From NCBI RefSeq assembly GCF_009914755.1, contig NC_060927.1: a DNA stretch of 64,000 bases; one strand, written 5' to 3'. This document shows, one piece after another, positions 16,969 to 35,887 of the stretch. A program made the position numbers and the translations under genes. Source of the stretch: the human T2T-CHM13v2.0 reference genome, Homo sapiens. The notes below the pieces were generated by a model. The model saw only the letters and a program-made list of their open reading frames with translations, was not told the origin of the DNA and did no database searches. Within the stretch, counting starts at the first letter, position 1; each line of letters starts with the position of its first letter.

Positions 16969-19299
16969 CTGCAATGAAATCATGGCAGGGCTATTGGGAG
17001 GGCTGAAGAAAGGCCTCAGGAATAGAGGACTCAGAGGCTCCAGGAAAAGAAGGACGCTTGGGGAATCCAAGTCTCAGACGATGACAAGAAGAAGCCTTGC
17101 AATCACTTGGGAATGCACAGGGAGACGTCCTAGGACCAAAACTGCCTGGACCCCCTGGCTGGTTGGGAAAGAAACTCTGCCCCCTCCTCTCCCGGCTTCC
17201 CCAAATTTTCCCATTATGTTGCCAAGCATTAGTCCAGCGTGGAGGCTACTTTCTGCTCAAACCACTCATTTGGGTCCCGCGCCCAACGTCACCCATCCTC
17301 AGTAAAACAACCTTTATTTCCTTCTTCCTGGTTTCCAGAAAGTTCCCCTAAAGCCCTGAGGAATCACCGAATGAAAGGGGCTTTTTACAAACAGGAAACT
17401 TAAGTGGAGTGCCAATACACAACATGGATTGCACCAGGCTAGGTCTAAGATAAAACCAGACTGTGGACAACAGGACAGATAAGACACACATGGCTCTGCA
17501 CTGCCTGGGTCTGTTATTGTGTGGAGGAATGTCTTAGTCTGTTGCTCCTGTGGATGTGGCGAAAGCACGAACCAGGAGTTTTCATCCTTCATTTCATTTT
17601 CTTAATCTAGTTGTATCATCCTCTGGGTGAGCCTAGCCCACTTTAAAATGGATATTCAGATGTCAGAATGAATAGAGCAGTGTGCCTGACTTAAGTAATA
17701 TCAAAATTTTAGACATGTGGAAAAGACGGAGTTGATGAAGCTACTGTTATCCAGAGACCATGACCATTCCGGGTGGTTGGTTTCGTTTCTAATGCACATC
17801 TGCTCCACCCCACCAATTGCTTTGCGCAATGTGCGGTTCTCATTACAAAGTCAACAATTCTTTATCATCTGCGTGGTCAGTCACCCTTTTGTTGTCCCTC
17901 CCTTGTAATTGTTTAATCTGGCCTCCCCTGCCACATTTCTTGGCTGCCTACTCTCCCCGCTCCTGTCAGTCAGGTTGTACTCAGGGAATGTAAATGCACA
18001 GAAAAAGTCCAGAGTCAATTAGAACTAATTAGGTGTTTTATCTGCTGCTTTGGATTATCCGTGCCCTCTATGGATACACGGCATAGGCTGGTTGAACAAC
18101 CATCCCTGGATTGGGGAGCATTCTAAGACTCACACACAGCTTCCTATTGTCTGTGCTAACGGAGGTAAAGGCTGGTGTGAATGTACAACAGAGACATTTA
18201 AAAACCAAGGCATAGTTTATGCCCATTTTCATTGTACATTTTAGTGAGTGTTTACAGCTTTATATAACTGTCTGACCATCACCACAATCAAGGCATAGCA
18301 TACTTTCAACATCACAAAAAGTTTTCTTGTGCCATCTCAGCCAATCTGGCCCTACCTTGGCCCCAAGCAACCACCAGTCTGCTTTCTGTCACTATAGATT
18401 AGATTTGTCTTTTCTAGGGTTTTAGTTTCTCCAATCTCCTTCCCAGTGATGTCTGGTTTAGGCTGATATTAAAATGTGTTCATGTTCCCTACATCCACAC
18501 TGATTTAACACGGTGGGCAGAGCTGGGACATGGAAGAAACGTGAGAGGCAAGACGTGGAGGCTGATGAGCATAATTATTGGCAATGAGAAGAATGTTGGC
18601 TCTCCCCAGTATTTGTAGAATATGACAAAGCGGTGTGCCCATGTTGTGCCCTGAACCTATTTTCAAGGTCATTCAATACAGAGTCTCCTAAATTTAACTA
18701 CCTAGGAATTGTGTTTTGCCTTGAATGGACATTTGGAAACTCCAGACTCTAGCCAGCCCCTCTCAGCCACGGAGTCATTGCTCCCCCTGGTGTAAACACA
18801 GAGACTAGTCACCCTGTGTCAGGCATTCCCACCCACTGCAGCCCTCCTTGGACCACAAGGAGCCAAGGGCAGGCAAGAAAGCTTCAGGCTCCCTCTGGCT
18901 GTTAGGTTCCTAGGTCAAAGGCTGAGTTTGTGAACACAGAGAAACACTAAGAGATCAACCGCTCAGGAACAGAGAGAAGGAAAACCGCAGAAACAGAACT
19001 AGCTAGACATGCAAGACAGAGAGGTGAGGGGGCACAGGCACAGCCCAAAAAACAAAGCAAGGAGAGGAGCCAAGATGGCCGAATAGGAACAGCTCCGGTC
19101 TACAGCTCCCAGCGTGAGCGACGCAGAAGATGGGTGATTTCTGCATTTCCATCTGAGGTACCGGGTTCATCTCACTAGGGAGTGCCAGACAGTGGGCGCA
19201 GGTCAGTGGGTGCGTGCACTGTGCGCAACCCGAAGCAGGGAGAGGCATTGCCTCACTTGGGAAGCGCAAGGGGTCAGGGAGTTCCCTTTCCGAGTCAAA

Positions 19300-19660
19300 G
19301 AAAGGGGTGACGGACTCACCTGGGAAATCGGGTCACTCCCACCCGAATATTGCGCTTTTCGGACCGGCTTAAAAAACGGCGCACCACAAGATTATATCCC
19401 GCACCTGGCTCGGAGGGTCCTACGCCCACGGAGTCTCACTGATTGCTAGCACAGCAGTCTGAGATCAAACTGCAAGGCGGCAGTGAGGCTGGGGGAGGGG
19501 CACCCGACATTGCCCAGGCTTGCTTAGGTAAACAAAGCAGCTGGGAAGCTCAAACTGGGTGGAGCCCACCACAGCTCAAGGAGGCCTGCCTGCCTCTGTA
19601 GGCTCCACCTCTGGGGGCAGGGCACAGACAAACAAAAAGACAGCAGTAACCTCTGCAGAC
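19300..19660 (-). promoter_or_regulatory. L1 antisense promoter region with minus-strand splice donors (CCAG|GTGCGG at 19405/19404; CCAG|GTGAGT at 19320/19319)
   Basis: Established position of the antisense promoter and ORF0 donors in the young primate L1 5'UTR; donor sequences seen directly; activity here is inferred. Confidence 0.65.
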
Positions 19661-19965
19661 TTAAATGTCCCTGTCTGACAGCTTTGAAGAGAGCAGTGGT
19701 TCTCCCAGCACGCAGCTGGAGATCTGAGAATGGGCAGACTGCCTCCTCAAGTGGGTCCCTGACCCCTGACCCCTGAGCAGCCTAACTGGGAGGCACCCCC
19801 CAGCAGGGGCACACTGACACCTCACACGGCAGGGTATTCCAACAGACGTGCAGCTGAGGATCCTGTCTGTTAGAAGGAAAACTAACAAACAGAAAGGACA
19901 TCCACACCAAAAACCCATCTGTACATCACCATCATCAAAGACCAAAAGTAGATAAAACCACAAAG

Positions 19966-20982
19966 ATGGGGAAAAAACAGAACAGAAAAATGGGAAACTC
20001 TAAAATGCAGAGCACCTCTCCTCCTCCAAAGGAACGCAGTTCCTCACCAGCAACGGAACAAAGCTGGATGGAGAATGACTTTGACAAGCTGAGAGAAGAA
20101 GGCTTCAGACGATCAAATTACTCTGAGCTACAGGAGGACATTCAAACCAAAGGCAAAGAAGTTGAAAACTTTGAAAAAAATTTAGAAGAATGTATAACTA
20201 GAATAACCAATACAGAGAAGTGCTTAAAGGAGCTGATGGAGCTGAAAACCAAGGCTCGAGAACTACGTGAAGAATGCAGAAGCCTCAGGAGCCGATGCGG
20301 TCAACTGGAAGAAATGGTATCAGCAATGGAAGATGAAATGAATGAAATGAAGTGAGAAGGGAAGTTTAGAGAAAAAAGAATAAAAAGAAATGAGCAAAGC
20401 CTCCAAGAAATATGGGACTATGTGAAAAGACCAAATCTACATCTGATTGGTGTACCTGAAAGTGATGGGGAGAATGGAACCAAGTTGGAAAACACTCTGC
20501 AGGATATTATCCAGGAGAACTTCCCCAATCTAGCAAGGCAGGCCAAGGTTCAGATTCAGGAAATACAGAGAATGCCACAAAGATACTCCTCGAGAAGAGC
20601 AGCTCCAAGACACATAATTGTCAGATTCACTAAAGTTGAAATGAAGGAAAAAATGTTAAGGGCAGCCAGAGAGAAAGGTCGGGTTACCCTCAAAGGGAAG
20701 CCCATCAGACTAACAGCAGATCTCTTGGCAGAAACCCTACAAGCCAGAAGAGAGTGGGGGCCAATATTCAACATTCTTAAAGAAAAGAATTTTCAACCCA
20801 GAATTTCATATCCAGCCAAACTAAGCTTCATAAGTGAAGGAGAAATAAAATACTTTAGAGACAAGCAAATGCTGAGAGATTTTGTCACCACCAGGCCTGC
20901 CCTAAAAGAGCTCCTGAAGGAAACACTAAACATGGAAAGGAACAACCAGTACCAGCCGCTGCAAAATCATGCCAAAATGTAA
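19966..20982 (+). pseudogene. L1 ORF1p, disrupted by TGA at 20353-20355
   Basis: ORFs 19966..20355 and 20422..20982 are in the same frame: MGKKQNRK...QPLQNHAKM. Confidence 0.95.
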
Positions 20983-21045
20983 AGACCATCGAGACTAGGA
21001 AGAAACTGCATCAATTAACGAGCAAAATAACCAGCTAACATCATA

Positions 21046-24870
<3,825 letters not shown>

Positions 24871-26914
24871 ACAATGAGATCACATGGACACAGGAAGGGG
24901 AATATCACACTCTGGGGACTGTGGTGGGGTGGGAGAAGGGGGGAGGGATAGCATTGGGAGATATACCTAATGCTAGATGACGAGTTAGTGGGTGCAGCGC
25001 ACCAGCATGGCACATGTATACATATGTAACTAACCTGCACAATGTGCACATGTACCGTAAAACTTAAAGTATAATAAAAAGTAAAAATAAAAATAAAAAA
25101 AAACAAAAAACAAAGCAAGAAGCGATAGAGGGATGATTTTTTTCTCCATTTATGAGACATCCTAAAAATTTACTCCTCTGCCCAAAATAGATTCAGATCC
25201 AGGATATGAGAATCCTTGAGAAGTGTATTTTAACATGGAAATGCTGATAAATCTTTTAAACAACTTATACACCTCCAGGTGCTGCTTAATCCCTTTAAAC
25301 CTCCAGTAACTCCATCCATGGTGTTTAAAGTCTCATAAATCTGCACTAGCTTAAAATAGGGCAATATAAATCACGTTTAGGGGGTTGGGAATAGGGACAG
25401 GAGATGGACATCCCAATGCCGTTTAAAACCACAGCACAGGCTTTTCATCAAATTTTTCCAAGAAAAGTTAAAATGAAAAACATTCAGGTTTCTGGGTTGT
25501 GGTTTCATAAGTTCTCAATTTGTTCTTTTTCCTTTTTTTCAGGGGGGTGGGCTGGGGTCCAAAAGAGCATTGACTAGCTAGTCAGTTGGAAAGAAAAAAA
25601 TTGCAAACACCCATCTCACTTAGTCCTTTTACACAAAATAAAACCAAAAAGAGAAAATAATAATGAAATACTACCAGAAGTCATTAGAAAACAGCAATGT
25701 TTCTAGTAAAGCACCAACAAAAATAATGTCTGGCTTTTGTTAAATTGTTAATTTATGCCAAAAAATAAAAGTTATAGATACTATTCTACTAATAATAGCT
25801 ACTTTTACTTTCTCATTCCTACCACATGCCCAGCACCTACCACTGAGCTGAGGACACACACAACCACCTCCTCCTCATCCCCCTGCTACAAAGGCTGTCA
25901 GACTTTTTCTGGCTCCACATTCATAATATTTCTCATTACAAACAGTGATTCTCAACAGCTGTTTGAGAAGCTGCTGGAGAAGCCACACTCTCCTAGAAAA
26001 TCCAGGGGGTACATGAGAGATCCAGCAGGGGAAGGCTTTTCTGTGTGAAGAGCTTTGGGTACATTATCTAATTTTATCCCCACAGCAGCCCCATGAGAAA
26101 TATTATTATTATTTCTGTTTTACAGATGAGGAAGCTAAGGTTCAGACTGTTTAAGTAATTTACCCCAAGTAGCACGGCTGGTAAATGATGGAGCAAAAAT
26201 TCCAACCCCGAGTCTGCTTTGGAAGACCTGATCTTATCCAGGATGCCATCTACCTTCTGTGGGGCAATAGACCCAGACCACAGAGCATTTGGAAGAATCT
26301 CACATATCACACTCTAAGAATTGATATGTTTTCTGCTTCCTCTTTTCTGGCCTGTCCCAGTGACCTTTCAAACCCCAAAGTCTTGGAAAAATCCACTGTG
26401 TTAACTGACTCTTTACTGAAACTTCAGTCCTGTAGAGAAAATAAGAGTCTCCAGCTTGTGTCACTTGCTTCAAGTTCCAGTTGGCCTGCAGGGACGTACC
26501 ACCAAGTGATCCTGGGAAAACACCGGAACTTTCGTTTCCCTACGTACTAAATAGGGATCTATAAGACCTATCTTTGGGGTTGTTGTGAGGATTAACATGT
26601 GGGAAGACTATCTGGAGCCTGCAAAGTCCAGGCAATTGCTGGGTCATGTGATGAGTATGGTAGCCAAGTATGGTGCCTGAAGTATAATAAAGAGGAAAAG
26701 CCTCCCTAAGGTCTGTCTTCACAGAGCAGATATTACAGAGCACTTTATCCCCAAATAGTTCAGAAAGCATCTCCTAAGAATAAGGACATTATCCTCTTTT
26801 TATATAATGTATATAACCACAATACTTTTATTACACCTAAGAAAAGTAATAATAATTCCAGAATATCAGATATCCCCAGTTGTTTCAAGAATGCCTTTTA
26901 TAGCTGTTTTCATT

Positions 26915-28110
26915 GTGCCAAAATACACATAACATAAAACGTACCATTTTAACCATTTTTAAATGTACACTTCAGTGGCATTAAGTACAGTCAGATTGTT
27001 GTGTAACCATCACCACCATCCACCTCCAGAACTTTTTTATCTACCCCACTGAAACTGCATCCAGTAAAATACTAACTCCTCAGCCCCTGGCAACGACCAT
27101 TCTACTTTCTGTCTCTATACATTTGACAACTCTGGTACTTCATGTAAATAGAATCACACCGTATTTGTGCTTTTGTGACTGACTTATTTCACTTAGCACA
27201 ATGTCTTCTAGGTTTATCCATGTTGTGGCATGTGTTAGAATTTCCTCCCTTTTTAAAGCTGAATGATATCCCACTGCATGTATATGCCGCATTTTGTTTA
27301 TCCATTCATACATTGATGAACACTTTTATTGCTTCTACTTTTTGGCTATTGTAAATAATGCTGCTATGAACGGGGGGTACAAATACCTGTTTGAGTCTTT
27401 GATTCTACTTCTTTTGAGTGTATATGCAGAAGTGGGGTTGCTGGATCATATAGTAATTCTGTGGTTAATTTTTTGAGGATTAGCCATCCCATTTTTCACA
27501 GCAGCCATACCTTTTTACACACCCACCAGCAATGCACGAGGGTTCCAATTTCTCCACATCCTTACCAATACTTGTTATTTTTTGTTGCCTTATATTTTAT
27601 CTTATTTTATTTTAGGGATGGGGTCTTGCTGTGTTGCACATGTTGGAGTGCAGTGGCTATTCACACTTAGTGCACTGCAGCCTCTAACTCCTGGTCTCAA
27701 GAAATTCTCCCACCTCAGCCTCTTGAGTGCTGGGACTACAGCATCATTGTGCCTGGCACTTTCTTTTTTTTTTTTTTTTTTTTTTTATAATAGCCAACTT
27801 AATGTGTTTGATCTCATTGTGGTTTTAATTTGCATTTCCCTCATAATTAGTCTTTTTGTGTGTTTATTGACCAGTTGTACATCTTCTTTGGAGAAATGTC
27901 TATTCAACTCCTTTCCCCATTTTTCAATCTGTTAATTATTTTGTAGTTGTTCAGTTGTAAGGATTCTTCGCATATTATGAATATCAATTTGCAAATATTT
28001 TCTCCCCTTCAGTGGTTTGCCTTTTCTCTGTGTTGATTGTGTCCTTTGATGCACGGAAGTATTTAATCTTTATGTAGTCCAATTTATCTATTTTTTCTTT
28101 TTGTGCTTTT
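26915..28110 (-). mobile_element. Old L1 (L1MB-like) 3' fragment with inserted Alu monomer (~27590-27760)
   Basis: Typical antisense L1M 3' sequence (ttaaagctgaatgatat, ttggagaaatgtctattca). Confidence 0.8.
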
Positions 28111-28237
28111 GGTGGCAACCAGAAAATTTGAAATTACATGTAGCTGCAGCTGACATTATATTGCTATTGGACACTTCTGACCTAGAAGCTTGATTAGATT
28201 TAGGTTAATCTATTTTGGCAAGAATACTTCATAGTTT

Positions 28238-28508
28238 GGACACAGTGGCTCACGCCTATAATCCCAGCACTTTCAGGCAGAACTCCCACAGGAGTTCGAG
28301 ACCAGCCTGTGCAACATGGTGAAACAACATCTCCACAAAAAATATGTATAAAATTAGCCAGGTATGGTGGCACACATCTGTAGTCCCAGCTACTAGGGAG
28401 GCTGAGGTGGGAGGATCACTTGAGACTGGGAGGTCAAAGCTGCAGTGAGCTTTGCACAGCTGCCCTCTAAACTGGGTGACAGAGCAAAACCCTATCTCAA
28501 AAAAAAAA
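28238..28508 (+). mobile_element. Alu (AluJ-like)
   Basis: Alu consensus with A-tail. Confidence 0.88.
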
Positions 28509-29834
28509 ACCTTCATAGTTGATGTTGTGTACTTCATAATATATTACAGCAAGAGGTATATAATATCTAGTTGTCCTACTGTCACTGATGCTAAATTTGA
28601 TCACGTGGATAACTGCCAGATATCTGGATTATAAAGTACATTTTCTCTTTTGCAATTTCTAAATAATTTGTGAGATGATACTTTGGCACCAGAATACCAT
28701 TTCAGATATTATCAAACCTTGACACTGGTTAGCCCTCTTAGAGAAATGTACAGAGCAAAATTAAGGAAAAGAGTCAATGAGTCAGATCCTAAATGCATGA
28801 CCCTCCAGGAAGGCAGTTCAGATAACTCCCTGCCTTTGTATCCTGGCTTTTTGGTGGCTGCAACAGCCAGAGAACATGTCTTGCCTACCCCTTCTGCCTG
28901 TCCTTTTTCTTAGTGGCTGCTATGTAATCTGTAGCACTCTCTTGGGCCAGTCATTTCCATTGTAACTATAACTACAGCTTACCCAAGCCTTATTTTCTGT
29001 CTTGCTACTAGCAATAACCCAGGCTTGTGCTATAGCCTCTGCTTCCACATTTCTGAGAGATCCCAAAGGGAGTCTCTCATGCACTGAAGAACCTGTCTCT
29101 TTTTCACCTCTTTTTCTTTCTGTGACTACATTTATATCTGTGCTAATTAATATTAATATTAATATCTGTGCTACATTAATATCTGTGTTCTTGGAGCAAC
29201 CAGAGGGGCAAACTCCCATGGTGCCAAAGTGGCCCTAGACTTCCCAGAGTGTTTTCTGGCTAAAATCATGCTGAGTCTACATGAAGTGGGGAAAAGTGTC
29301 TTATTCCTCCCCCTTAGGACACTTTCCCTCCAGGTGCCAATGCAGCACCTTTGTGCTCTTCTGTCTCACAACATCGGTTATGAAATCACATACTTCAGTT
29401 TCTGCTTGACTTGCTAGAATTTGGCTCATCATAAATATCCGGGACAGACACCTTGTTGCCTCCTGATCCCCCTCTTCTCCCCAGGCATTTCAGCAAGAAC
29501 ACCTTCCCTCTTCATTTAGCCAAATCAGCTCCTGGCACTCCACCTACTTTTCTTCAGAGGGATATAAATCCAATTTAGGCTCCCAAAAGGATAACTAGTC
29601 TTATTCTCTATTATAGTACCTAAGTAGGAGAGAACACTCTCCTAGTGGAATTTTCTTCAGTATGTTTATGTGATTGCAAGCCCAAATGGCTGATGATGTA
29701 ATCAAAGGACTCCAGTTAGGTCCTAAGGTTTGCTCCCATTACAAGCAAAAAGAGATACTAGTAACCCTTCCAGAATAGCTCCACGGACCCAAGGATCCAA
29801 GAGACCAAATGAGGAAGTTAAGAATAAGCACAAG

Positions 29835-31430
<1,596 letters not shown>

Positions 31431-32534
31431 ATTTGTAAAGTGGCAAAGAGGAAGTTAAAGCAGAGAATGAGTTGGAAGCTGAGTCAAGAGAGTCCCTCAC
31501 GTGTCCGGGGAAGGTTAGCAAAAAGCTCAGGCTGGAAATAGACTAGACTGAGTTCCAGATAGCTGTAGTCAGAAGAAGGGTGATCTCACTGGTGATAAAG
31601 ACCACTCAATGGTGAACCACACACACAACCTTCTTGCCTCGAGGGCTTTCCTCTTCCCAGCCACATCTGTCCTGCTGGTAAGATGCTCTTCCTCCAAGAA
31701 TTATTTTTTAACTTTTCCCTGCTCATTCTGCATTTACAGCATGGTTTCCACTAAGTCATCTATATAGCACTTCCTTTCACAGCTATTTGTTGCCCATTGC
31801 ATATCACTTTTTAAGTCAGATATTACCAAGCATTGGCAAAAAGGTGGGGAAAGAGAGCCCTCACCCACTGCAGATGCAGCCGTTCTGAAGGACAATTGTG
31901 CACCTTAAATCCACCAAGCCCACTCCTGGGTATACACCCGGGGAAATTCTTCCCAGGGAACACAAGATGTTCCTAACAAGCTTCACTATCACTCTGCTGG
32001 AGGCAACCTAGGTGTCTATGTCCAAGGAATGTACAGGTAAAATATAGTTTGTGTATACAATAGGATAATAAATTATATTTTCATTTAGAAACCTGGATTG
32101 ATCTCAAAAATGGAGTTAAGAGTAAAAAAGCAAAAACAGAATGGGATTTATAGCACAATTCCATTTATCTATCAAACACACACATAAAGCAGCCTTGTGT
32201 ATTTTTGTAAGGACGCTCATATATCTAAATAAACATCTGTTGGATGGATTGGAAGAACTATATTACATGTATTAGAGTGGATACCTGTGCAAGGAGGGCA
32301 GTGGGATTAGGAATGATAGATGAAGGGAAAAAAACAATAAACCTTAAAAAAATGTTTTCACAAAAAGGTTGGTTCTTCTATGAATAAATGATAATATTCC
32401 ACGAACTGAGAAGCAGGATTACCTCAAACATGTGCAGGTGAATTCCAAAAGATATAAAAAAGAAAAAAAAGACATAATTCTAGCATTTTGTCTGTTTTTC
32501 ACATTCAAAACAAAGGAACTGTTTCCTGTTTTAC

Positions 32535-33030
32535 AGGTTTTCTATTGTTGCCATAACAAATTACTATACACTTAATAGCTTAAAACAACATAAATTTATT
32601 GTCCTACAGTTCCATAGGTAAAAAGTCTACCACATGTCTTATTGGGCAAAAATCAACGTGTTGGTAGCACTGCATTCTTTTCTGAGGGCTCTAGGAGAGT
32701 TTCCTTGCCTGTTCCAGCTTCTAGAAATCACTCACATTTCTCAACTCAGGGCCCTCCTCCTCTGTCTTCAAAGCCAGCAAGGGCAGCGCTAGTCCTTCTC
32801 ACATCTCCTTCTCTGACTCTGACCTTCTCTTCTGCCTCCCTCTTTCACTTTTCAGGACACTTGTGATTATATGGGGCCCACCTGGATCACCCAGGACACT
32901 CTCTCTATCTTAAAATCAGCTGCTTAGCCACCTTAATTTTATCTGCAACCTCCACTCCCCTTTGCTGTGTAAGGTAACATATTCACAGGTTCTAGGGATT
33001 ATGACATGGACATTTGTAGTCTGTTATTCT
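32535..33030 (-). mobile_element. MaLR LTR (MLT1-like)
   Basis: ttgccataacaaattact...gcttaaaacaacataaatttatt...gtaacatattcacaggttctaggg. Confidence 0.75.
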
Positions 33031-35531
33031 GCCCACCACACCTGAGCATGAGTCAAATACTGAAAAACACAAAGCCACATATTCTTTCTCATTGTGAATG
33101 AGTTATTCAGCCAAATGACAAAAGATATGTTGATGCTACTGTGTGCTAGATCCCCATGGTAAGAGCTGAAGTTACAGCAGCGGTCAGGAGTTGGGGGTTT
33201 GGTGATGTTCCCTCCTTGCAACAAAAATTCCCATTCTGGCATATTTTAGCTAAAGGATAAATGAGAAGTATTCCGATTAAGCTTTCTTACTACAGTGTAA
33301 ATGACTGGCCTCTAGAAGAGATACTTACCTTCTTTTCAAAAGAAGCACCCTAACCCAGGGCCTCTTAAACTTTAATGGGCATATAAATTGCCTGGGAATC
33401 TTGTCAAATTGAGTTTTGATCCAGTAGGATTGGCATGAGGCCTAAGTCTGCTTTTTCACGAACTTCCAGATGATGCTAATGCTACCTGTCCAGGGCTGCA
33501 CTTCTGTTTGAGTTAGGGAGCAAGACCCTAACTCAACCAGAGCTCCAATTGTAAGCCATAGTCAGTCTGACCCTGCCATCAATCAATCTTTATGATGGGT
33601 TTACCTCCTTCTAAGAGGTGACGGTAGTCAACTAGCTTTGCAAAACACCATACTTTGTCACTGTGACAAAATACCCCCAGCAGAGAGGATACTTCATCTA
33701 CTAGGAATGCCCTCGGTTTCCCACAAGGATGGTTTCTGACCAAGACCCACATCCATCCCCACATATGGGTGTGCTGTATACAATCCATGATAGGATAGTC
33801 AGTCTCCTGTTTCCCCGGCCAGGACTCCTAACCTCCAAGACTGATGCCCCCCAGACAGTGTGACTCAGTGGCCCAGTGTCTGAATTCATATCTATTGTCA
33901 GAAGTGTATTTGATTGGGCAAAATCAGGACTATATTGGGACAGATTACCTGAGCTATTTGAGGAGTACCTTACTAGATCAAGTTATAAAGGCTGACAAGA
34001 TTCAATATTATCTCCCTACTAGTGTTTTGCATACTAGTTCCATTAGGGCTGAGAAATAATAGATGAGCAGAAGACAGAGCAGAAGCAATAGAATCTCCAT
34101 AGGTAAGTTGGGTTCTCTTTATAGCAACCTCAAAGGGACTCTGGCCAAAGAAACTATCTTAGTAAAGCTCAAGGACCAATGGGAGGACACATTATTGCAT
34201 CAAGGTGAATTGATAATGTAATCTGTAAGGTAAAAGAATGCAAGTTCCTATATATACCACGTGGCTGTTCCTGATTAATGAGTTTGGGCAGTACCACTTC
34301 ATACTACACTTTTGAACATTGATGTGCTTGGGTGTTCTCTGAGCTGTGACTTCCCCAAATCCTTGTTTGGGCTGCAAAACTTTGATCACTGTGGGGCAAC
34401 AAAGCAGAACCATACCTGCAGTTCCACACCTTCTACTTACAAAATAACCAGGTGCATCTCATCTCCTCGGCAGAGTGCTGTTGTAACATTTCCCCTGAGA
34501 ATTCCTTGAGGAACCTCCATTTTATGGCATCTATAGGCCTTCTTCCCAAATTATTCTGGGTGGGTAGCTGCTAAAAACCCTCTTGTATGAACAAACACTG
34601 TGGGAGCTCCCCCACTCCAGCAGCACAGATCCAAAGTTGGTACCCCTGCAACAGAGCAATGGTGGGAGGCATGGATCTCTGGCAGGTGGAGAGGAGACAT
34701 ATTCTGACTATAGCAGGACTTAAAGCTGTCAATTCATCCAGCATCTCAGCTGAATGACCTCCATGAGAGCTGTTTCCTATTGTAGAACAAATTCAGTTAG
34801 GGAGTCACTATTCTCTCTCACCCTAAGTATTCATTCAAGTATTAAAGTGTAGGACTTTACATCAGGCAGCAGCTTTTAAAACATAGAGTCTAATACCCAT
34901 CATTTTGTGGATTTGAACAAAAATGAAGACTAGCTATGAAGGCCCAGGAAGCCAGCTTACCCTCCCACCCTTCTGTTTACATCGCATTCCCACCTCTATA
35001 CTTTTTACCACTTTCATACTTTTTATTTCCTCCTTCCCTTTCACTTAACTTGGAATGATGGCTCCTGAATTTCTTGCCTCCACCAAAACTGGATGGATGG
35101 CTTTTCTCCTTCTGCTGAAGGGAAGAAAGCTGTGAAAGCCTACAGATAAAGGAAGTAAATAGACCAAGATTAAACAGGCAGTTCATGGAAGAGATGATAT
35201 CCAAACCTAGCTCACAGAGGCTAGTCAAGTGACTTGTTTGAGGTCACATATCTAGTTGATGGCAATGCTGGGACCAGAACCCACCTCCAACTTCAAGACT
35301 TTTTCCCACTAAGCCTTCCTCAACCACAGCTAGAACACTTCCCCATACCTGATGAAATGACACCTCATTACAGATTCAAAAATACCTTTGAAGATATTCG
35401 CCTTGAAAGGTGAAGGCCAAGTTTCACCTTGAAAGCTGAAGGTCAAGGTCTGCTTTGGGGAAAAGGGTAAATGGAGCTACCTGGGAATGTTACTGATCAG
35501 GCCTGGGTCTTTTATCTCACAGTCACATTAG

Positions 35532-35887
<356 letters not shown>

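Noticed and set aside
29118-29188. AT-rich ATATCTGTGCTA/TAATAT micro-repeats; also a 17-bp duplication at 49448-49483
   Set aside because: Short slippage products with no further structure.
33550-34760. Possible degraded ERV/MaLR internal sequence
   Set aside because: The composition is suggestive, but I could not identify a diagnostic motif or ORF by eye.
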